From Ylistrum balloti (Eukaryota): a stretch of 64,000 nt of DNA. Shown in pieces: positions 60,001 through 64,000 of this stretch. Positions within the stretch are counted from its first letter, which is position 1, and the number at the start of each line of letters is the position of its first letter. Made by a program: the position numbers and the translations under genes. The stretch covers positions 558,001 to 622,000 of the forward strand of contig NW_026782466.1 in the NCBI RefSeq assembly GCF_031769215.1, in the 5' to 3' direction. The notes under the pieces were generated by a model that worked only from the letters and a program-made list of their open reading frames with translations, made no database searches and was not told the DNA's origin.

Positions 60001-60549
60001 ATCTTCCACCTTGACAACCAATTTTCCAGATGAACAAGATGTCACAGGGAGAGAAAAATGAGTTTCATTAACGCGCAGGCAACCTAGAACCCATCAAATC
60101 CATGTGTCATAGCACAAATAAATGGTTATATTCTTGTAACTGACCAAACATTTAACATTACTCTGGGAAAATTAGAAGAAAAAAAATGAAATTAAGTATT
60201 ACAATATCGTATCTACTGACGGTTATGTCAAACTAGTTATAAAACTTGTGATTCGAAATATGTCAGTTGCGATACACCTGTGTTGTCAAATATCTTCCAT
60301 AATAATATCACCTGCTATGATTAAGATACGTGTATAATAGTAAAATATTATGACCATGAAGTGTCAACTAGTTAAAATATGAGTTTCGTATATATTGCTT
60401 CTGGTGTCTGCTTTTGTTTCACCGTTTTCAAATCTGTATTATGTCAAGTGAAATATCGATACTCAATGGACACGTCACAAGATACGACTGAATTTGTCAC
60501 CTTCTAAATCATAGGTGACGGGGTGGAGAAGAAGAACTATTTTAATAAC

Positions 60550-63500
60550 CTCTGGATGGTAATGACAAGTTCGACGGTTATCAAAGTCATGTTCCAGCAA
60601 TCCGGAAGATTCACAATCCGGACAAATACTGCTGGGGACCAATGTGTCCGGATTATCGAGAGTCGACTGTATGTCGGTTTTCTTCCACATTTCTTTTTCC
60701 ACGAATTGCATGCATTGTACTGCTTGGTCGTCTGACATTTTGTTCAAGATGCAGAAGATACGAATGTGGTACATCGTCAGCAAACTTACTGGAAAGTCAC
60801 GAGACAAATCCTGGTCTCGGGATGCATGTATTTGTCCCTGACCCAATCTGACTGGTTGGGTTAAAAAAAACGGTTACGCTGGTCTGAATTATTCTGACGT
60901 TCATCGACGCAAGACCTTTTTTAAAAGTCCATAGAACATCAGAATAACTAGTGTGCAGTTTTGGTAAAAAAAAAAAAAAAAAACCAACAAAAAACAAAAA
61001 AGGCAACACGCATAACTTGTGTATACAATATGAAAGTCTCTAACAACAAAGTGTGCACGGTATAAAAATTACGTCTTTGCTCACAAACCATTTTGGAAGT
61101 TATCTTCATTTTATTGATCAGACTCGCTGTGGTGTAATTTTCTATTTTTTAAAGATTAAATTATATTTTCTAATTCTACTACATGTATATCCTGAACTTA
61201 TACCAAAGAGCTACTAATCTCTGACGTCCTTGCTGAAGGCAATGCTTGAACCTTCAGTGATCAAATGATTTATTGATTTATTTTACCATCCAGTTCTATC
61301 TCTGAATATTTAAACTTAATTTTTCATGTTTCTAACTGTTGGTATCTGATACAATATCTTTTGATGTCGATATTTAAAGTCGGTACCGTGTGCCTCGGTA
61401 ATGTTTTAAACGTAATGTGTTGAACACGCGCTGGAAACAGTGCCGATGAAACAATATCGAGGTTGGCATTAAGTTGCTTTACTGATTTGGAACTGTCATA
61501 AACAGGAATACAGTGAAACCTCACCTAACGACCACCTCAAAATTACGACCACCCCGCTATTCCGTATTACGACCACTTCTTACAATCCCAACGACCACTA
61601 ATTAACGATAAGTGATTTACAGGTCTTTGAATCTGCGTGTTAGCCTTGCATGACTCGAAAATAAATATTGGGTAGATTAATTCTACACAAATACAAGAAA
61701 GTTAATCATATAACACACTGAGAATATTAAACAATGATGATATGATTTGTAACTATGGATGATATTGGATGTTCTTTATTCAATACTTAATTTAGATCTA
61801 AGGTTTTTTATTTTAAGGTATCGTATGTAGCATAATATATATTTCTTCAAAATTAAAAAAAATAAGGTCTTCAATTATTTCTGTTACAGATAAGATACCT
61901 CTTAACAGAGACCAGGCAGCCAGGAACTGCATTCGCTCTTAGCTGTTTTGACCTACGTGCAAATTCAAATCTCCAGGAGAAAACAAATACTTGAACTTTG
62001 ACCTTTGACCTTTGATACAATAGTTGCCTCGAATAAAATAAGTTTCTTTAAGTTGTAATTGCCATGCATGGCTGCTGTACATCAAAGCTAAGTCTTCTGT
62101 TTAATTTAAAACAATGCATTTGATTCATTCTTGATTTCCATGATATGGCTAGCTTAAAAAAATGTGTTGCTCTGCTGATTGATGATGTCAACACGAAATT
62201 TAACCACATATCTGTAACAATGCATGGTACCACTTCAATTTTGCTTGGGGGACAAATACAATGTTGAATTCCTTGTCTGTTACTTTCTGACACATCAAAG
62301 TGTTGGAATATTTTAGGAAAGTGATGTAGTTTCTGTGTACTGGTACAGCCGTGATTCATTCGTCAATCTATGATCATACCTGTTAACATGGTTTGCATGA
62401 ACTCCCTCCAGCCAGTAGTCACCGACACACCGTGACCAATTGTTTTTATCCAAAACCCAATCATTTTATTTCTGTCATTCAATGTTACAATACGTACACT
62501 ACAGTGTATGGTAGATAGTGAGGCGTACGCGAACCAACCTGTCAAACGCAAAATATCTGATCAATTTCCAAATAGATTTACTGCTTTTTTAACGATTTGA
62601 AATGTCCATGGGCAAGATTTCAAATGTTAATTCAGCCTTATCAAAACAGAGAGGATCATGCCCAACTAAAAAAAAAAAAAAAAATGCAATTTATCTGTAT
62701 GGTTTGTTTTGTCTATTGTTAGTGATAGTATGAACAATGGGGAATTATTGCAGACATTGTTGTGTTATTTCAATGACGATGTGGCTGTTGTAAGACAATG
62801 CAAAATAAAATGTGTTTATCACAATGGTTCCAACTAAATATGGCAAGCCTGGAGCAATACATGAACAAAAATTTATATGAGGTTATCAGACGATGTAAAT
62901 AAGACTATGTTATATATAGAACTTCTGCTTCATCGACAACATCCAAAACATAAATCTAGGTCAATACATATAATGTCGTGTCCTCAAAGAGGGAAACCAG
63001 GAAATTTTAACTAAAGAAGAAAGTTGAAATAGCATCCCTTATTAACACATGGTAACAGAATATTCTATTGATATTTTCAACATTCAGATCAGGAAGTAAA
63101 TATATATATATACGACTCATATTATCAAAAATCATTTCCCAATTTGTTTGTCTGTCTTGGTAGTCATGAATTATGGCTGAGATACCTGTCCCGAATACGA
63201 TAAATCTTGTCAATTTTTAAGGTTGAATATGTCACTGTTTAATCAAAGTTTGCAGCAAAAAGGATATATTTTTAGCAGAAATGATAAACAGACCATAATT
63301 TTCTATACATAATCTTTTTCCATGTATCTTATTTCTGCGAATTTGCTCTTTTCTCAAACATACAAATAATAAAACCTTTGATAAGAACAGTCTTTGTATT
63401 AACACTGCAAAAAAATTCTATTTTTAGAATCTGTTCTGCTGTTAACAAAAGATATACAAAAAAATAGCACACAGCCATATACTTGTACCACTGTGTGACT

Positions 63501-63592
63501 TTCTTACATAGGCAATGAACGGTACGATTCTTTGTCCTTTGGGGTATCCACTATACTCCCTGTGTTTCGCTCTTTTTTTGCTATCTGCACCC
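60550..63592 (-). CDS. Unassigned candidate exons of a minus-strand gene: 63508-63592, 63117-63185, 62380-62538, 60550-60732 (or from ATG 60738)
   Basis: 62380-62538 has a strong acceptor and donor (tttgacag / CAG|gtatga) and one open frame. The 60550 segment encodes CPDC...FDNRRTCHYHP. The phases of the last three segments are compatible (1-1, 1-1, 1-0). No family was recognised. Confidence 0.35.
61509..61610 (+). mobile_element. Left end of a pogo/Tc1-type MITE (TA|CAGTGAAACCT...ACGACCACC repeats)
   Basis: TA target, CAGT.AAACCT terminal repeat and repeated ACGACCAC sub-terminal motifs; right end not found. Confidence 0.5.
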
Positions 63593-64000
63593 CTGGAACA
63601 TTTCATAGTAGAGTTGAAGGCACAAGTGAAGTATTTTGATTGGTCTAGAGAGAGTTTCAGGAGAAAAAACCTGCCCAATCACAAAATGATACACCCCATT
63701 GAAGATTACAAAGGAGCGACACCCAACTTCAAAGCCATTACAACATACCATTATGCGACCTCAAGATTTTTTTGATGTCTATCAAAAGTCAAACTAGACT
63801 TCACATCTTATCCACAAGGTATGCTCATGGAACCTTCAATTTTTCACAAATGTTCTAAGATGCAGAGAGTGATGATGAAGTATACAGGATACATTTGGAG
63901 GGGTTCTTTAAATTTCACTAACAATTCTGCCTTTGGAGCATTACTGATGATAAAGAATACAGAAGATAGACATTATTTAAGAAAATGACTTTGGAGATCA

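Noticed and set aside
62143-62270. Plus-strand KCVALLIDDV, like a Walker B motif
   Set aside because: No Walker A, stops follow within 40 codons, and it is in register with the antisense frame.
62048-62551. 168-codon minus-strand frame interrupted by a single TGA (possible selenocysteine or readthrough)
   Set aside because: A strong donor at 62379 precedes the TGA, so the stop is probably intronic; no SECIS seen.

Overview
This is AT-rich eukaryotic DNA, not prokaryotic. The Helentron-derived HINE repeats point to a bivalve mollusc, probably oyster-like. There is one assembly gap (37762-37904). Two genes can be built by hand from splice sites and reading-frame phase. (1) A minus-strand multi-exon gene (about 0.7-14.3 kb). 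It joins a MULE-type FLYWCH zinc finger and its following helix to the two HTH domains of an IS630/Tc1-mariner transposase resembling the Sailor (DD82E) family. A putative chain of 13-68-nt micro-exons then spells a catalytically degenerate DDE fold. This looks like a host gene built from two unrelated transposon superfamilies and is the best candidate for an undescribed system here. (2) A divergent plus-strand FAM89/LURAP-family gene. A 48-nt first coding exon (18421-18468) joins across a 25.4-kb intron to a 3.5-kb exon (43889-47389), giving a ~1180-aa adaptor ending in a PDZ ligand. It has an overlapping uORF, a near-perfect hairpin just after the first donor, and homotypic CAGGTR clusters through the intron. 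The rest is minisatellites, HINE/MITE/SINE remnants, decayed retroelement scraps and unassigned exon candidates at 52-64 kb. Protein-family calls come from motif comparison with remembered consensus sequences, not from database searches.
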